Source of the DNA: Candidatus Altimarinota bacterium
GTDB taxonomy: Bacteria; Patescibacteriota; Gracilibacteria; BD1-5; UBA2023
Length of the DNA stretch: 64,000 bases
Direction: 5' to 3'
Assembly (NCBI GenBank): GCA_024709505.1
Contig: JANJWP010000005.1
Span: 25,037 to 89,036, forward strand
The notes under the pieces were generated by a model that searched no databases, was not told where the DNA came from, and saw nothing but the letters and a program-made list of their open reading frames with translations. This document shows, in pieces, positions 10,372 to 22,831 of the stretch; position 1 is the first letter of the stretch; the number at the start of each line of letters is the position of its first letter. The position numbers were made by a program, and so were the translations under genes.

Positions 10372-11697
10372 TTATTTTAGGAAAATATCCACCACCTTGC
10401 GGTACGCGAGACGGTTCTTCACGTCCTCGTAGTAGGTATCTCCGGGAACGAGCTTGGCCTTGAGGCGTTCGCGTACTTGTTCGGAAGAATAGGACGAAAT
10501 GATCGAATTCACTTCGATCGCGATTTCCTCGTCGGTAGCCTCCACGCCCTTGATTTCCCGAATTTTTTTCAAAATGAGTTCGGCGCTGAGGCGGCGGCGG
10601 GCTTCCGGGACCACGACCTCTTTTTTATAGGTCTCCTCATCTTTTCCGACGTGCGAAAGATAGTCTTTCGCGGTGAATCCCTGCGCCTCCATGTTTCCTT
10701 TCTGTTCGCGCCAGATGGTTTCGGTTTCACGCTCGACAAGCCCCGGACCGAGATCGAGTTCGGTGATCGCGAGAAGCGCTTCGAGGAGCTTCGCTTCATC
10801 CTTCATGCGGGCTTCGCGCTCGCGTTCGGCGAGGATTTCTTTCCGGAGAATGTCCTTCAGTCCCGCGACGTCGGTTTTCACTCCGCGCAACCGTTCGATG
10901 AATTCTTCGGTCCATTCGGGCTTGTGCGGTTTTTCAAGCTTGAAGACGGTGGTTACGAAAAACACCTTCCGACCCTTGAACGCGTCGGCATGGTAATCCT
11001 TGGGGAACGTGATTTCAAATTCGACCACTTCTCCAACCTTGTGTCCGACGAGGTTGTCTTCGAAACCCGGAATGAATTGTCCGGAGCCGATGACGAGCGG
11101 AAAGGCTTTGACCTTGGTTTCCGGAATTTCCGCCCCGCCCCGCTTTTCGAAGCCTTGGGTGTCGAGCGTGACGCGGTCCCCCTTTTCGATGACCATTTTG
11201 CTTGCGTCGAACCCGTCGTCGCCATGGGTTCCGGCATCGTGGTAGTGGGTAAAGCGCTTTTCGATTTCCGAGAAAGCTTTTTCGGCATCCGATTCGGTTG
11301 CGTCAACGACGGTTTTTTCAATCGAAATTTTCGCCATTTTCTTTTCGTCGATTTTCGCTTCGGGAAGCACCTCGAGTTCGAGGACGATTTCAAGGGGTTC
11401 TACCGACTTGATGTTCTTGACGTTTCCCGGAGCCACCGGAACGGCCCCCGTTTTTTCGAGGATTTTGTGGTATTGCCGGTCGAGGTACGAATTTACCGCG
11501 CGTTCGGTAACGCGGACTTCCCCGTATTCCCGAACGACGACTTCTTTGGGGACGTTTCCTTTGCGGAATCCCTTGAACGAAACGTTCTCCGCGATTTCGG
11601 CAATGGCTTCGTCGCGGGCCTTTTCAAAGGCTTTGGCGCTGTCTTTTACGACGACTTCAATCGTATGGGCGTTCTTTTTTTGACTGGTGATTTGCAT
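10372..11697 (-). CDS. tig: Trigger factor
   Basis: Ribosome-binding motif KGFRKGNVP; FKBP domain IGSGQFIPGFE...FPKDYHA. Confidence 0.95.
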   Translation of the reverse strand: MQITSQKKNAHTIEVVVKDSAKAFEKARDEAIAEIAENVSFKGFRKGNVPKEVVVREYGEVRVTERAVNSYLDRQYHKILEKTGAVPVAPGNVKNIKSVEPLEIVLELEVLPEAKIDEKKMAKISIEKTVVDATESDAEKAFSEIEKRFTHYHDAGTHGDDGFDASKMVIEKGDRVTLDTQGFEKRGGAEIPETKVKAFPLVIGSGQFIPGFEDNLVGHKVGEVVEFEITFPKDYHADAFKGRKVFFVTTVFKLEKPHKPEWTEEFIERLRGVKTDVAGLKDILRKEILAEREREARMKDEAKLLEALLAITELDLGPGLVERETETIWREQKGNMEAQGFTAKDYLSHVGKDEETYKKEVVVPEARRRLSAELILKKIREIKGVEATDEEIAIEVNSIISSYSSEQVRERLKAKLVPGDTYYEDVKNRLAYRKVVDIFLK

Positions 11698-11730
11698 GAA
11701 AAACCGAAAAAGGGAAAAATGAGCGCGAAA

Positions 11731-11832
11731 ATTGTATGCAAAAGGGGCGGCTATTCAAATTTTCTTCCCGTCGGAACGCTTTTTGGCAAAGGGTCGAATC
11801 CGATTTGAAACCCTACCGACGAACGGTATAAT
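11731..11832. promoter_or_regulatory. Divergent sigma70-type promoters for tig and ftsA
   Basis: Minus strand TTGAAT-16-TACAAT (11758-11731); plus strand TTGAAA-16-TATAAT (11805-11832). Confidence 0.65.
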
Positions 11833-11934
11833 TATCAGCGAGGAAAAACGAAAGTCCTTCCGGGAACCGCGCGCGCAAGCGGACGGTTCCGATTAAAAAA
11901 TTTATACGAACTCGACTCGTCCAACAACAGTTTT

Positions 11935-13170
11935 ATGGTTCCAGGAGAAACATTTACCGCGATAGACATCGGCAGTTCCAAAATCAAGACGATCATCGGA
12001 ACTTTTACCGAAGACAAGAAGCTCCGGGTCCTCGGAGTGGGGGTGGCGGCGTCCGGCGGCGTCCGGAAGGGCAACATTCTCGACATGGACGAATTTAAAA
12101 AGAACGTTGACGCCTCGCTTCTCGAAGCCGAGAAAATGACGGGTGAAGAAACCCGCAGCGTCTACCTCTGCGTCTCCGGCACCTCCATCGATTCCGTTGT
12201 CGGAACGGGAATCGTCGCCGTTCCCCACGGCGAGGTTTCCGAAGAGGACGTCTCCCGGGCGCTCGACATGTCCCAAAACGGGGTCGATCTCACGAATCGC
12301 GAGGTTCTCAAGGTCATTCCGGAATCCTTCGCCCTCGACAACGAGGCGGGAATCAAGAATCCGGTCGGCATGGCCGCGAAGAAGCTCGAAGTCCGGGCGC
12401 ATATTTTCTCGGTAGGGGAGAACGTCCTTTGAAACATCAAGAAGGGCATCGCCGACGTGGGCGTCGATATTTACGACGTCTATCCCAACGTCATCTCCGC
12501 CCCCGAAGCGGTGCTTACCCGCCGCCAAAAGGAGCTTGGCGTCGTGGTCGTCGATATCGGCGCCTCGACTACCGACGTCGCCGTATACGAAGAGGGGACG
12601 CTCATTTTCGCCACCGTCATCCCGATGGGCGGCGAGCACGTCACTTCCGACGTCGCCATCGGCGCCCGCGTCTCCATCGATTTGGCCGAGAAGCTTAAAA
12701 TCGAATACGGCGACCTCGCCTTTGCCAAGGAGGAAAAGGCCAAGGACGAAGACATTCAGCTTTCCAAGCTTTCCAAGACCGAAACCGCGACCGTTTCGAA
12801 GAAGTATCTCTCCGAAATCGTCCGCGCACGCTATGGCGAAATCTTCTATTTCATCAACGCCGAGTTGAAGAAGATCGGAAAGGATGGCATGCTTCCCGAG
12901 GGGGCGGTCATAACGGGCGGCGGCGCCAAGATGCGCGGCGTCGTCGAGCTCGCCAAGGAAATCTTCCGGCTTCCCGCGGCTGTCGGCATTCCCGAAGACA
13001 GCGATTTGATTTCCGGAACTTCCATCGGCGATCCGGTGTATGCCGGGGTTATCGGCACCCTCCTTCTCTCGCAGCGTTACGGATCCCATCGACACCGATT
13101 GAGGCTCAGCTTCTCGGTCGGAGGGTTCTGGAATTCGCTCAAGAACCTCTTTTCCAAACTCGTACCGTAA
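11935..13170 (+). CDS. ftsA: Cell division protein FtsA
   Basis: Motifs [34 protein letters not shown] and ITGGGAKM; C-terminal amphipathic helix [12 protein letters not shown]; one TGA at 12430. Confidence 0.96.
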
Positions 13171-13196
13171 TTATTTTTCTTTTTTTCCGCTCCCAT

Positions 13197-14405
13197 ATGG
13201 CCGCTCCGAAGAAAACCGACGACAAGTTGAAATCCCTCCTCCGCAACGATATGGGAGGATTTCATTCCCAAGTTGAGGAAATCAACGTCACCGATTACAT
13301 CTCCCCCATCGCCAACATCAAGGTCGTCGGGGTCGGCGGGGGCGGCGTCAATGCCGTTAACCGCATGATCCAGTCGGGTCTTGAGGGCGTCGAATTCCTC
13401 GCCGTCAATACTGACGCTCAGGCGCTCTTTTCGTCCAAGGCGAACGTCCGGATCAATATCGGACGGGCTACCACCCGGGGACTCGGTGCCGGAGCGAATC
13501 CCCAAATCGGACAGAAGGCGGCCGAAGAGTCTTCCGAAGAACTCAAACAGGCCCTTGCCGGAGCGGACATGGTGTTTGTCACCTGTGGTCTCGGCGGAGG
13601 AACCGGAACCGGCGCGGCCCCGGTCATTGCCGAAATCGCCAAGGGACTCGGCGCCCTCGTCATCGGTGTCGTAACCAAGCCGTTCGGATTCGAAGGACAG
13701 CGCCGCAACGTCCAAGCTCTCGACGGATATGACCGCTTGAAGGAAAAGGTCGATACCCTCATTACCATTCCGAACGACAAGATTCTCTCCATCATCGATA
13801 AGAAGACCCCGCTTCTCGAGGCGTTCTCCATCGTTGACGAAGTATTGAATCAGGGCGTACAGGGCGTATCCGACCTCATCACCCTTCCGGGACTCATCAA
13901 CGTGGACTTTGCCGACGTGAGGTCCGTTATGGAAAATGCCGGGTCCGCACTCATGGGCATCGGATACGGTTCCGGAGAAAACCGCGCCATCGAAGCGGCC
14001 CGCGCTGCCATCGATTCTCCGCTTCTCGAGCTTTCCATTGCCGGAGCGAAGGGGCTTCTCTTCAATATCACGGGCGGAACCGATCTCTCCATGTTCGAGG
14101 TTGACGAAGCGGCCCGCATCATTACCGAAGCTTGCGATCCCGAAGCGAACATCATCTTCGGCGCGACCATCAACGAGAACTATACCGGCGAAATTAAGAT
14201 CACCGTCGTCGCTACCGGCTTCAACGAGGAAACCAATCAGCGTTACAGCGAGGCGCCGCGTCAGAGCGCAAGCCCGTTCCGTCCCCATCCGGTCGGACGC
14301 TCGACCGCTCCGCAACAGCAGTCGTTTCAGTCCCCGGCGTCTTCCCCGGCGTCTTCCCAAAGCGATCTCGACGTTCCGGCATTTCTCCGCAATAAGATGA
14401 AATAG
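13197..14405 (+). CDS. ftsZ: Cell division protein FtsZ
   Basis: GGGTGTG tubulin signature, NVDFADV and C-terminal LDVPAFLR. Confidence 0.98.
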   Translation: MAAPKKTDDKLKSLLRNDMGGFHSQVEEINVTDYISPIANIKVVGVGGGGVNAVNRMIQSGLEGVEFLAVNTDAQALFSSKANVRINIGRATTRGLGAGANPQIGQKAAEESSEELKQALAGADMVFVTCGLGGGTGTGAAPVIAEIAKGLGALVIGVVTKPFGFEGQRRNVQALDGYDRLKEKVDTLITIPNDKILSIIDKKTPLLEAFSIVDEVLNQGVQGVSDLITLPGLINVDFADVRSVMENAGSALMGIGYGSGENRAIEAARAAIDSPLLELSIAGAKGLLFNITGGTDLSMFEVDEAARIITEACDPEANIIFGATINENYTGEIKITVVATGFNEETNQRYSEAPRQSASPFRPHPVGRSTAPQQQSFQSPASSPASSQSDLDVPAFLRNKMK

Positions 14406-14467
14406 CCTTCCGGCACTTGAGAAAACCCCTCCGGAAAAGGAGGGGTTTTCCTCTCTTCACGATCGAA

Positions 14468-16336
14468 ATGGACGTTCAATCTTTTCTTTCATTCTTCCGC
14501 CGTCCGCGTACGGACGCTTCCAATAAAGCCTTCCGGAAAGCGTACTTTTTCGCATTTCCGCTTTTTCTCCTCTTTCTTGTCGAAACGGTTTCCCGCTCCG
14601 ATTTTTGGGCGCTTTTCATTTTTGCGGGAGCGAATCCTTTCATTGCCGCATTTTCTTACGTTTGGATATTGGCGGTTCAAACCCTAGCCTTCTTCATTTT
14701 TGGAAGGGCGTCGTTTTTCGTTTCGTCACTCTCCGTTTCGATTCTCGCGGTTGCCCATGCCGAAAAACTTCGGACTCTTGCCGAACCGCTCTACGCTACC
14801 GACGTGCTTGCCCACGCATCGGCCCTTGGAACCCTTGCGGGATTTTCGGGAATCCCCCCGTCCTCCGCCGTTTTCGCTCCGGTACTTTTTGCCCTTTTCG
14901 TCTCATTTGTGGGATGGAGGCGCTTTCCGCCCTTTTCCTTTGCGGATTCCACCTCTTCCGATCGCGCTTTCCGCTTCGGTTGAATCGTAGTTTTTTCCGC
15001 TTTGAATTTCGCGGTTTTTTTCAATGCCTTCGGAACGCTTTCGATGATTCAAAAGGCCGTTTGACTGACTCCGGAAGAATATTCGTGGCGGCAAATCGAA
15101 AACTACGAACGCAACGGGTTTCTCGGAGGGTTTTTTACGAACCTCGGAAATTTCCACGTAAACAAACCGGAGGGGTATTCCGTTGACGCGGTAGAAAAGA
15201 TGTCCGACGAATACCGTCATGCGACCTCGGCCTCAGGAACGAAACGTCCTAACGTGGTTTTCGTATTGAGCGAATCTTTCTGGGATCCGACCGCACTTCC
15301 CGGAGTTTCGTTCGAAAGGGATCCCGTTTCGAATTTTCGGGACATCCGCAAGTCCTTCGGGGGAGGGGAAATCGTTTCGCCCACGTTTTGAGGCAAGACG
15401 GCCTTGGTTGAATTCGAAATTCTTACGGGAAATTCGGTCGCATGGATTCCGAAGGGAAGCATTCCGTACCAGCAATATTTCCGACGCGACGTTCCCTCCA
15501 TCGTTTGGGAATTTCGGAATGCCGGATATTCGACGACGGCAATCCATACCTACCATAAGAACTTTTTTAGCCGGATTCGCGCGTATCCGCTTCTCGGATT
15601 CGAGCGTTTTATCGGACTCGAAGACATGCCCGACGCCCAAACGAAAGGGAAATTCGTCTCCGACGCGACCCTTACCGATTATATTCTCGATGCCGTCGGT
15701 CGCGCCACTCCCGATGCCCCGGCGTTTGTGTTCGCCGTTTCAATGGAAAACCATTTCTCCTATGAAGGCGACAAATTTAACCGCCATGACATCGGAGTTC
15801 TTTCGTCCGCGCTCCCGGAAAACGACCTCCTCACGCTGAAAAACTACGTTCAAGGCGTCCACGATGCCGATACGGAGCTCCGAAGACTCATAACCGAACT
15901 CGAAAAGATTCCGGAACCTACCTACGTCGTATTTTTCGGCGACCATTTAGGAATTTTGGGCGACCGCTACCGGGTTTATGAAAAAACCGGATTCGTCCCG
16001 TCTTCCGACGATGCTCGGTGGAGCGCTTTTGACCGTCTGAAGATGCGGACTCCGCCGTTCGTTGCGTGGAATAACTTTTCGCATCCCGAACCATTTGAAG
16101 CGGACGAACGGATCCGCGCCCCATTTTTTTGAACCCGCTTCCTTCAAGGACTCGGCATTTCCCGGGTTTCGCCCTTTTTCCGTTTTCTCTCGGATGTGGA
16201 ACCCTGTTTTTCGAATCCCGCTCCGGAACTCTCCGACGCCTTCGATCCAAAATCTTTTACGAAGCGGGGGAAGTCCTGCGCCTCCGCGATGCGGGAATGG
16301 GAAGCCTTCCAATACGCCAATCTTTTTGGACGATAG
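14468..16336 (+). CDS. LTA synthase (LtaS/MdoB-like) membrane sulfatase-family protein
   Basis: Multiple N-terminal TM helices; PNVVFVLSESF, SPTF*(G)GKTALVEFEILTG, SMENH and FFGDH; TGA at 14981, 15062, 15389 and 16130; stop TAG. Confidence 0.85.
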
Positions 16337-16411
16337 TTTTTCCTGGAAATTTCCCTTACTCCCATTGGCTTTCGGGAGGCTTCCGGATACAATCGCGTGC
16401 GTTTTACGAGA

Positions 16412-16476
16412 TGGAGGCACGAAGGCGTCCGAGCGATTTCGACTCCATTATGAACGAGGACGCCTTCGTGCCTCCA
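16412..16476. repeat. 19-bp perfect inverted repeat with a CGATTTC-N10-TGA loop motif in the 5' leader of the DnaQ-DinG gene
   Basis: Arms TGGAGGCACGAAGGCGTCC (16412-16430) and GGACGCCTTCGTGCCTCCA (16458-16476); upstream promoter-like TTGGCT-17-TACAAT (16365-16393). Confidence 0.85.
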
Positions 16477-16504
16477 ATTCCATTCCCATACCGATTTTTT
16501 CCGA

Positions 16505-19252
16505 ATGCCTTCCATCGTCGCTTTCGATCTCGAAACCACCGGGCTCGATCCGAAATCCGATGCCATTATCGAGATCGCGATGGTCCGCTTTGACGAAAAC
16601 GGGACGGTCGAAGAGTTTTCGAGCCTCGTCAATCCCGGGGTTTCCATTTCCGAAGAAGTCGAGAACATTACCGGCATTTCCAATGCCGACGTCGCCGACG
16701 CCCCCGGATTTTGAGACATCCGGGAAAAAGTGGCGGCATTTTTTGGAAACGATCCGGTATTGGCCCATAATGCCGATTTCGATACGGCCTTCCTTTCGGC
16801 GTACGGACTCGATTTTTCCAACCGGACGGTCATCGATACGTTCAAGATCGCCCAGCTCGCTTTCCGAAACGAAAAGAGCTTGAACCTTTCCAATCTCGCG
16901 GACGCTTCCGGATACTTTCACGAATGAGCGCACCGCGCCTTGTCCGACGCCCGCGCAACGGTCGCGATCTATCGAGAGGCCTTACGGAGAATCGGGGAAT
17001 CTTCGGGCGTCGAAAACCGCGCCTACCGTTTTTTACGCGACTATTCTTCGCCCCTTTCGTCCTTTCCCGTCACGGTTCGGATGGCGCTCGGAGAAGAAAT
17101 GGAATCGACCGATGCGGCCGCGCTTTTCGCGCACACCGAATCGACTCTTTCGGAATACGCTCCTGATCCAGCGCCCGAGCGTCCTTTCGACGCTCCGGAT
17201 CCGGTAACGATTTTGGAATCCAATTCCGGATTGGAAAAACGTCCCGAACAAGCCCGGATGGCCGGACTCGTGCGCGATGCCATCGCTGCGAAATCCCTTC
17301 TTGCCATCGAAGCCCCCACCGGAATCGGAAAGACTTTCGCGTACATGGTTCCGGCAGTGGCTTCGGCCATGATCGACGGCGCGAGAATCCACGTTTCGAC
17401 CAATACCAAAACCCTCCAGGACCAAATCGCCTATAAGGACGTTCCGAAAATCCGCGACATCCTCGCTCCTTACGGACTTGCTTCGTTTCGTTTCGCCAAA
17501 CTCAAGGGGCGTTCCAACTACGCGAGCCTTTTGAAATTGTCGGAATTTCCCGAGCGCGACGGTTTTTCCGACGAAGCCAAGCTCTTTTTTGCCAAAATAA
17601 ACGTTCTTCTTTCCGAAAGCCGTACCGGCGAACTCGACGAGATTTCGTTTTACGGAAAGGACTACGAATTCCTTTCCGAAGTTCATTCCGGTGATGCCCG
17701 AGTGCTTTGGCCCGATAATCCGCATCGGAAAAAGGAACCGCTTTATGCCGCGAGGGAATCCGCAAAAGTCGCGGAAGTCGTGCTCGTGAACCATTCCCTC
17801 ATGCTTACCGAACTTTCCGATGATGCTTCGGCTTCGTCCGGAAAAGTTTCCCGCATGATCGTTGACGAGGCTCACAATCTCGAATCGGCCGCCACCGACG
17901 CGCTCACCCGAACGATTGTGCTTGCGGACGTTGAAAAAGCGTTCTTCCGCATCGAAGCCCATATTCGAAGGCACAACCGTCAATCATGAGCCGAGAAATT
18001 CCTGTTCCCCGAAATGAAGGAAATTTCCGAATCTTTCGTGCTGTCATTCGGAATGGCGCTTGATTTTGCCGAAAGGTACGCCTTCGTAAAAAGCGGGGAT
18101 TCCGCTTTTTCAAAGGGCGGATATGCCGCCGCACGGGGAACGGACGTGCTCGTTTGCGATGACTTTTTCACTTCCGAAGGAATTTCCGGAATGTCTTCGG
18201 TCGTATCGTCGGTTTTCGAAAAGTTCAAGGACCTTTCCGACCGACTTCGCTGCGCTCCGGAAAAACTTTCGGAAGCTTTTGACGCGCCGCTTTCCGAGCT
18301 TTCCGGATACGCGACGTTTCTCGAAGAATTTTTTTCGAGCTCCAGGCAGGACCTCATCAAGGTCGTTTCTTTCAAATGACCCGGAGAGTGCCGTCTTTCG
18401 ACCGCTCCGCTCGACGTTTCCGGAATCTTAAAGGAGCGTCTTTGGAACAAGCTCGAATCGGTCGTGCTCACGTCGGCTACGCTGGCGGTCGGTGGGGAAT
18501 TCGACTTCCTGAAAAAAACGCTCGGACTTACGGATTTTTCATTCTCCATTCTCGATTCCGACTTCGATTACCACTCGCAAGCGACCGTTTTTCTTCCCGA
18601 CGACCTCTGAGACATCCGAAACGAATATGATCGTCGCCGCATAAACGCCTTCGTCGCGAGGGCCATCGTCGCCATGGGCGGACGGACGCTCTGCCTCTTC
18701 ACGTCATTTTCAAGCATCAAGGAAGCGTACCTACAGATCAATCCGCTCTTAAAGAAAGAGGGGATCCACCTCCTTTCACAGGGGATGTCCGGAGGGAAGC
18801 ATAAGATGATCGAGCAATTCAAGCGCACCGCGGATAGGAGCGTCCTTTTCGGAACTGACAGTTTCTGGGAGGGGGTGGATATTCCGGGAAAGGATCTGGA
18901 AATGCTGTTCATCCATAAGTTTCCTTTTGCGGTTCCGACCGATCCGGTCGTCATGGCGAGATCGAGGCTGTTTCGCGATCCGTTTTCCGAATATTCCGTC
19001 CCGCAAATGCTTTTGAAGCTCCGTCAGGGAATCGGACGCCTCATCCGGACCAAGGAGGACCGCGGGGTCGTCGTCATTCTCGACGGCCGGATAAATTCGT
19101 CTTGGTGAAGGGCCGTCCCCTGAGCGTTTCCTCCCAATATCCGCATCAAAAGGGGGGCGATGGATGCTTTTGCTGAACTACTTGAGAAAAAGCGCGAAAA
19201 TTCGGTTTTACAAGCCTTGGAATCCGAAGGAAAAACCCCCTTCGCAAATTAA
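16505..19252 (+). CDS. dinG: DnaQ-type 3'-5' exonuclease / DinG-family helicase fusion
   Basis: DEDDh motifs FDLETTG, AHNADFD and HRALSDA; helicase motifs EAPTGIGKT, VDEAHNL, TSATL, FWEGVD and QGIGRLIR; seven in-frame TGAs (16712, 16925, 17987, 18377, 18608, 19106, 19121); stop TAA. Confidence 0.9.
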
Positions 19253-19300
19253 TCGTGAACCAAGGCGTTAAAAACGCAAGACGAACCTTCCTCCGCCTTT

Positions 19301-19329
19301 TTGCAATCAAAAAAGGAACGTGCTATACT
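19301..19329 (+). promoter_or_regulatory. Promoter of the type IV pilus operon
   Basis: TTGCAA-17-TATACT with an extended -10 TG. Confidence 0.65.
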
Positions 19330-19363
19330 TGCGTCGGTACTCTTAATTCCGTGCCGAACGCGT

Positions 19364-20272
19364 ATGGCATTTTTCCAAAATAAAAAAGACGGTCCGGAAG
19401 CTTCCGGACTTCCGTCTCCCGCCGCTTCCGGAAAGGACGGCGAAGCGCCGAAGGGCGAAGAAGCGACCCCCCTCGCCATAGGCGACGACATTTTCCAGGG
19501 ACTCGGCGAAAACTTTTTCAAAGACGCCCAAACCGCGACGAACCAGGAATCAAAAAAGAAGGATCCCTACGAAATCGGGGCCAAGACTTTCGATATTGGA
19601 ATGAAACTTGCCATCGTGCTCACGGTGCTTTTTTCCATTGATTCCACGGTCCGGAGCCAGGAAGAACCGGGCTTTTTGGAAAATCTGCCGGTATGCGACT
19701 ATTTGGCCATGGGCATCGACGGCCACGTCAACGACGAATGCAAAACCCTCGTGCAAATCGCCGCGGACAAGGCCGAGGAAAAAAAACAGGTCGAAACGAC
19801 CCTCGTAAACAATCTCCTCGTTCTCGTTCCGAAGCGTCTCGAGGCCGGAGACGCCCTCAACTCGCCCGAAGTCCAGTTCATCAAGGAGCGAACTGGAGAT
19901 GCCCGGGTTTCGTTCGCCGCGGTCGTTGACGAATTTCAGTCCATCGTCTCGAAGTCCGATTACAAGGGCGAAGACATCGAATGTTCGAAGTTCGTCTTCA
20001 ATGAAAGGGGGGAGCTTTCCGTTCGTTGCGAATTCTATGGGGACTCCCTCAATTCTTCGGCCTTCCGCGAATCGAGGTCTTCCCGCATGACGGCGCTTTC
20101 GTTTCTCGCAAGGCTCGAAAACAGCCCCTTCAAGGTGCTCAATTCTCCCAAAACGCTCGACATCCAAAAGTATTCCACCGCCGACGTCGGCATCCGTTCG
20201 ACCTTCTCGACCGTTACAAAATTGCAGTTGAATCTCCGTTACGTACCGACCGTAACCGGTAACCGCCCGTAA
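19364..20272 (+). CDS. Single-TM protein, possible PilN-like pilus alignment subunit
   Basis: One TM helix plus a coiled coil; first gene of the operon with pilB/pilC. Function inferred from position only. Confidence 0.55.
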   Translation: MAFFQNKKDGPEASGLPSPAASGKDGEAPKGEEATPLAIGDDIFQGLGENFFKDAQTATNQESKKKDPYEIGAKTFDIGMKLAIVLTVLFSIDSTVRSQEEPGFLENLPVCDYLAMGIDGHVNDECKTLVQIAADKAEEKKQVETTLVNNLLVLVPKRLEAGDALNSPEVQFIKERTGDARVSFAAVVDEFQSIVSKSDYKGEDIECSKFVFNERGELSVRCEFYGDSLNSSAFRESRSSRMTALSFLARLENSPFKVLNSPKTLDIQKYSTADVGIRSTFSTVTKLQLNLRYVPTVTGNRP

Positions 20273-20273
20273 T

Positions 20274-21545
20274 ATGAACCAGCAAACTCCCGTTATCGAC
20301 GAAGAGAACTTCGCCATCCAAGAAAAGAAGCGGAAGGAACGCCTGACCCGATCCATGGTCCTCAACGGCTTCCTCATCCTTTTAATGACTGCGGTATCCG
20401 CAAGCTACGCGCTCCCGAAATACGAGGAGATTTGGCTTAAACAGGACGAAACGAACGGGCTCATCGCGAAGATCGAGACGCTGAAGAACGATGGAATGAC
20501 TCCGTCGGAATTCGTTTCGGCCCTCGGCCGCGTGGCGGGAAAATCCGCGAAAAATCCCATCTTCGAAGACAAAGAAAAACTCTCCGAGGCCATGGAAAAG
20601 GATCCGCAATATTCCGGAACCTACTACGCTTGGCTCAACCAGGAAGTCGGAAAGGAATCGATGGATCGTTACGATCAGGTCATCGCCCAAAAGCGCGAGA
20701 TACTCGGCAACATCATTCCGACGTTTACCGATTCGCTTCCCGGAGAAAATCTGGGCTTCGATCGCGATCGCATCACGGTGGCGACGTTCATCCGCCATAT
20801 CGAGGAAAACATTTTCAAGCAATTCAAGGTTTCGGCCTTCACTCCGCTTGGAGTTGACCGGGTTTCTTTCGACAATTCCAAAACGTCCATCGTGAACATC
20901 GGCACCTTCAAAACCGATTTTTCCATCGAAGGCCAGAATTCCCAGATTATGAAGCTCGTCGAATACCTTCAGGATTCCGGGAAGGTAAAGGTTGAAAACG
21001 GAAAACTCGTCGCGCTCTATCCGACTTCGAAAAACAAGAAGGATCCGACCCTTTCGGACTTAAACAACCTCCTTATTACCATCGACACTCTGGACGCGGA
21101 GAAATCGTTTGCCAATCCGGAGGCGAAAAACACCGTCAAACTCGGACTTTCATTTTACGTAAAGGGGCGGACGTACGCTTCGCTCGTCGAAATCCGTTCG
21201 ATGGTCGTCGAAAAGATCAAGAAGCTCAAGGAAGACGTGGACAAGCTTTCTAAGACCTGCTCCGGAAAGAAAAATCCCGTTTGTGACACGGATGCCGGAG
21301 TCTCGGCGGTATCGGCGACGAAAAATCTCGTCTCCGAAATCGGTTCCATTGACCAAAAGGCCCAAGAAATGTTGAAAACCGCAACCGTTTCGGATCTTTC
21401 GGCCGAATTCGACAAGGTTTTCGCGATCTACGCTTCGGTTCGAACCGTTGAAACCGGATACCTCAAGCAGAAGGCCATCCTCGAGAAGGCGGTGAAGAAT
21501 TCGGCCGGAACGCCGGATTCCGGATCATCCAAAGCTCAGCAGTAA
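20274..21545 (+). CDS. Single-TM protein, possible PilO-like pilus alignment subunit
   Basis: N-terminal TM helix; PilO-like segment FSIEGQNSQIMKLVEYLQ...LITIDTL; 1 bp from the upstream gene. Confidence 0.55.
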   Translation: MNQQTPVIDEENFAIQEKKRKERLTRSMVLNGFLILLMTAVSASYALPKYEEIWLKQDETNGLIAKIETLKNDGMTPSEFVSALGRVAGKSAKNPIFEDKEKLSEAMEKDPQYSGTYYAWLNQEVGKESMDRYDQVIAQKREILGNIIPTFTDSLPGENLGFDRDRITVATFIRHIEENIFKQFKVSAFTPLGVDRVSFDNSKTSIVNIGTFKTDFSIEGQNSQIMKLVEYLQDSGKVKVENGKLVALYPTSKNKKDPTLSDLNNLLITIDTLDAEKSFANPEAKNTVKLGLSFYVKGRTYASLVEIRSMVVEKIKKLKEDVDKLSKTCSGKKNPVCDTDAGVSAVSATKNLVSEIGSIDQKAQEMLKTATVSDLSAEFDKVFAIYASVRTVETGYLKQKAILEKAVKNSAGTPDSGSSKAQQ

Positions 21546-21557
21546 CCGTTTTTCGAA

Positions 21558-22820
21558 ATGCAAACGAATTCGTACATCGAGCGCCTGAAGGAGGAGATAT
21601 ACAAGGGTGACAACGCCCAGCAAATCTGCAACCTCATCATCAGCGCGGCCGTCTCCGTCCGGTCTTCCGACATCCACATCGAACCGTTGTCGAATTATGT
21701 CCGCATCCGTTACCGCGTGGACGGCGTGCTCGAAGAAATTCTTGAATACCAACAGTTTCTCCATCCTCAAATCGTTGCCCGCTATAAGATTTTGGCCAAC
21801 CTCAAGATCGACGAGTCGCGCATGCCTCAGGACGGGCGCATTTCGGTAACCATCGACGAAAAACCTCTCGATCTTCGCGTTTCGACGCTCCCCACCGTTT
21901 CCGGCGAAAAGATCGTCATGCGCATCGTTGATAAATCCAAGAAGATTCCCGATCTCGACGTCCTTGGTATCGAAGGGCAGAACGGCGAAATCCTGAAACG
22001 CGCCATTTCGCTTCCGAACGGAATCATCCTCACTTCCGGCCCGACCGGCTCCGGTAAGTCCACGACCCTTTATTCGTGCCTTACCCGTCTGAACAAGCCC
22101 GATGTCAATATCATGACGCTCGAAGACCCGGTAGAAAACGTCATCGACGGGGTTAACCAGAGCCAGATGTTTCCGGATATCGGATACAATTTCGCTTCCG
22201 GCCTCCGCACGGCGCTCCGTCAGGATCCGGACATCATCATGGTCGGTGAAATCCGCGACCGGGAAACCATCAATATTGCCATTGAAGCCTCGCTTACGGG
22301 ACACTTGGTACTCTCGACCATCCATACCAACTCGGCTGCCGAAACGATTACCCGCATCCTCAACATGGGCATTCCGGCATTTCTCCTTCCGGCATCGATG
22401 AACGCCATCATCGCCCAACGCCTCATTCGCCGCCTCTGTCCGCATTGCCGCAAGCCCGTGCCGGCCGAATCACTTCAACCACGCATGCAGGAATCGGTGA
22501 AAAGGGCGATTTCGCGGACGAACAAGAAAGAACTTGCCTCCCGCGTTCCCGCTGAAATTCTCCAAAACCCCAAATTCTACGAACCCGTCGGTTGCGAACA
22601 CTGCGGCAATAGTGGATATTCGGGGCGGGCGGGAATCTATGAAATCATGGAAATCGGCCCCGAAATCAAGAAGCTCATTCTCGATAACGCCTCGGGCGTA
22701 CAGATCAACGAAACGGCCATCGATGCCGGGATGATTTCCCTCGAACAGGACGGAATCATGAAGGCCCTCAACGGTCTCACGTCCCTCGACGAAGTTTACG
22801 CCGCCGCCAAGGAAGGTTAA
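21558..22820 (+). CDS. pilB: Type IV pilus / T2SS extension ATPase (PilB/GspE family)
   Basis: Motifs SDIHIEP, PQDGR, GPTGSGKS, LEDPVE, LRQDPDIIMVGEIRD and STIHTN; two CxxC zinc motifs. Confidence 0.92.
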   Translation: MQTNSYIERLKEEIYKGDNAQQICNLIISAAVSVRSSDIHIEPLSNYVRIRYRVDGVLEEILEYQQFLHPQIVARYKILANLKIDESRMPQDGRISVTIDEKPLDLRVSTLPTVSGEKIVMRIVDKSKKIPDLDVLGIEGQNGEILKRAISLPNGIILTSGPTGSGKSTTLYSCLTRLNKPDVNIMTLEDPVENVIDGVNQSQMFPDIGYNFASGLRTALRQDPDIIMVGEIRDRETINIAIEASLTGHLVLSTIHTNSAAETITRILNMGIPAFLLPASMNAIIAQRLIRRLCPHCRKPVPAESLQPRMQESVKRAISRTNKKELASRVPAEILQNPKFYEPVGCEHCGNSGYSGRAGIYEIMEIGPEIKKLILDNASGVQINETAIDAGMISLEQDGIMKALNGLTSLDEVYAAAKEG

Positions 22821-22831
22821 TCCCCCATGCC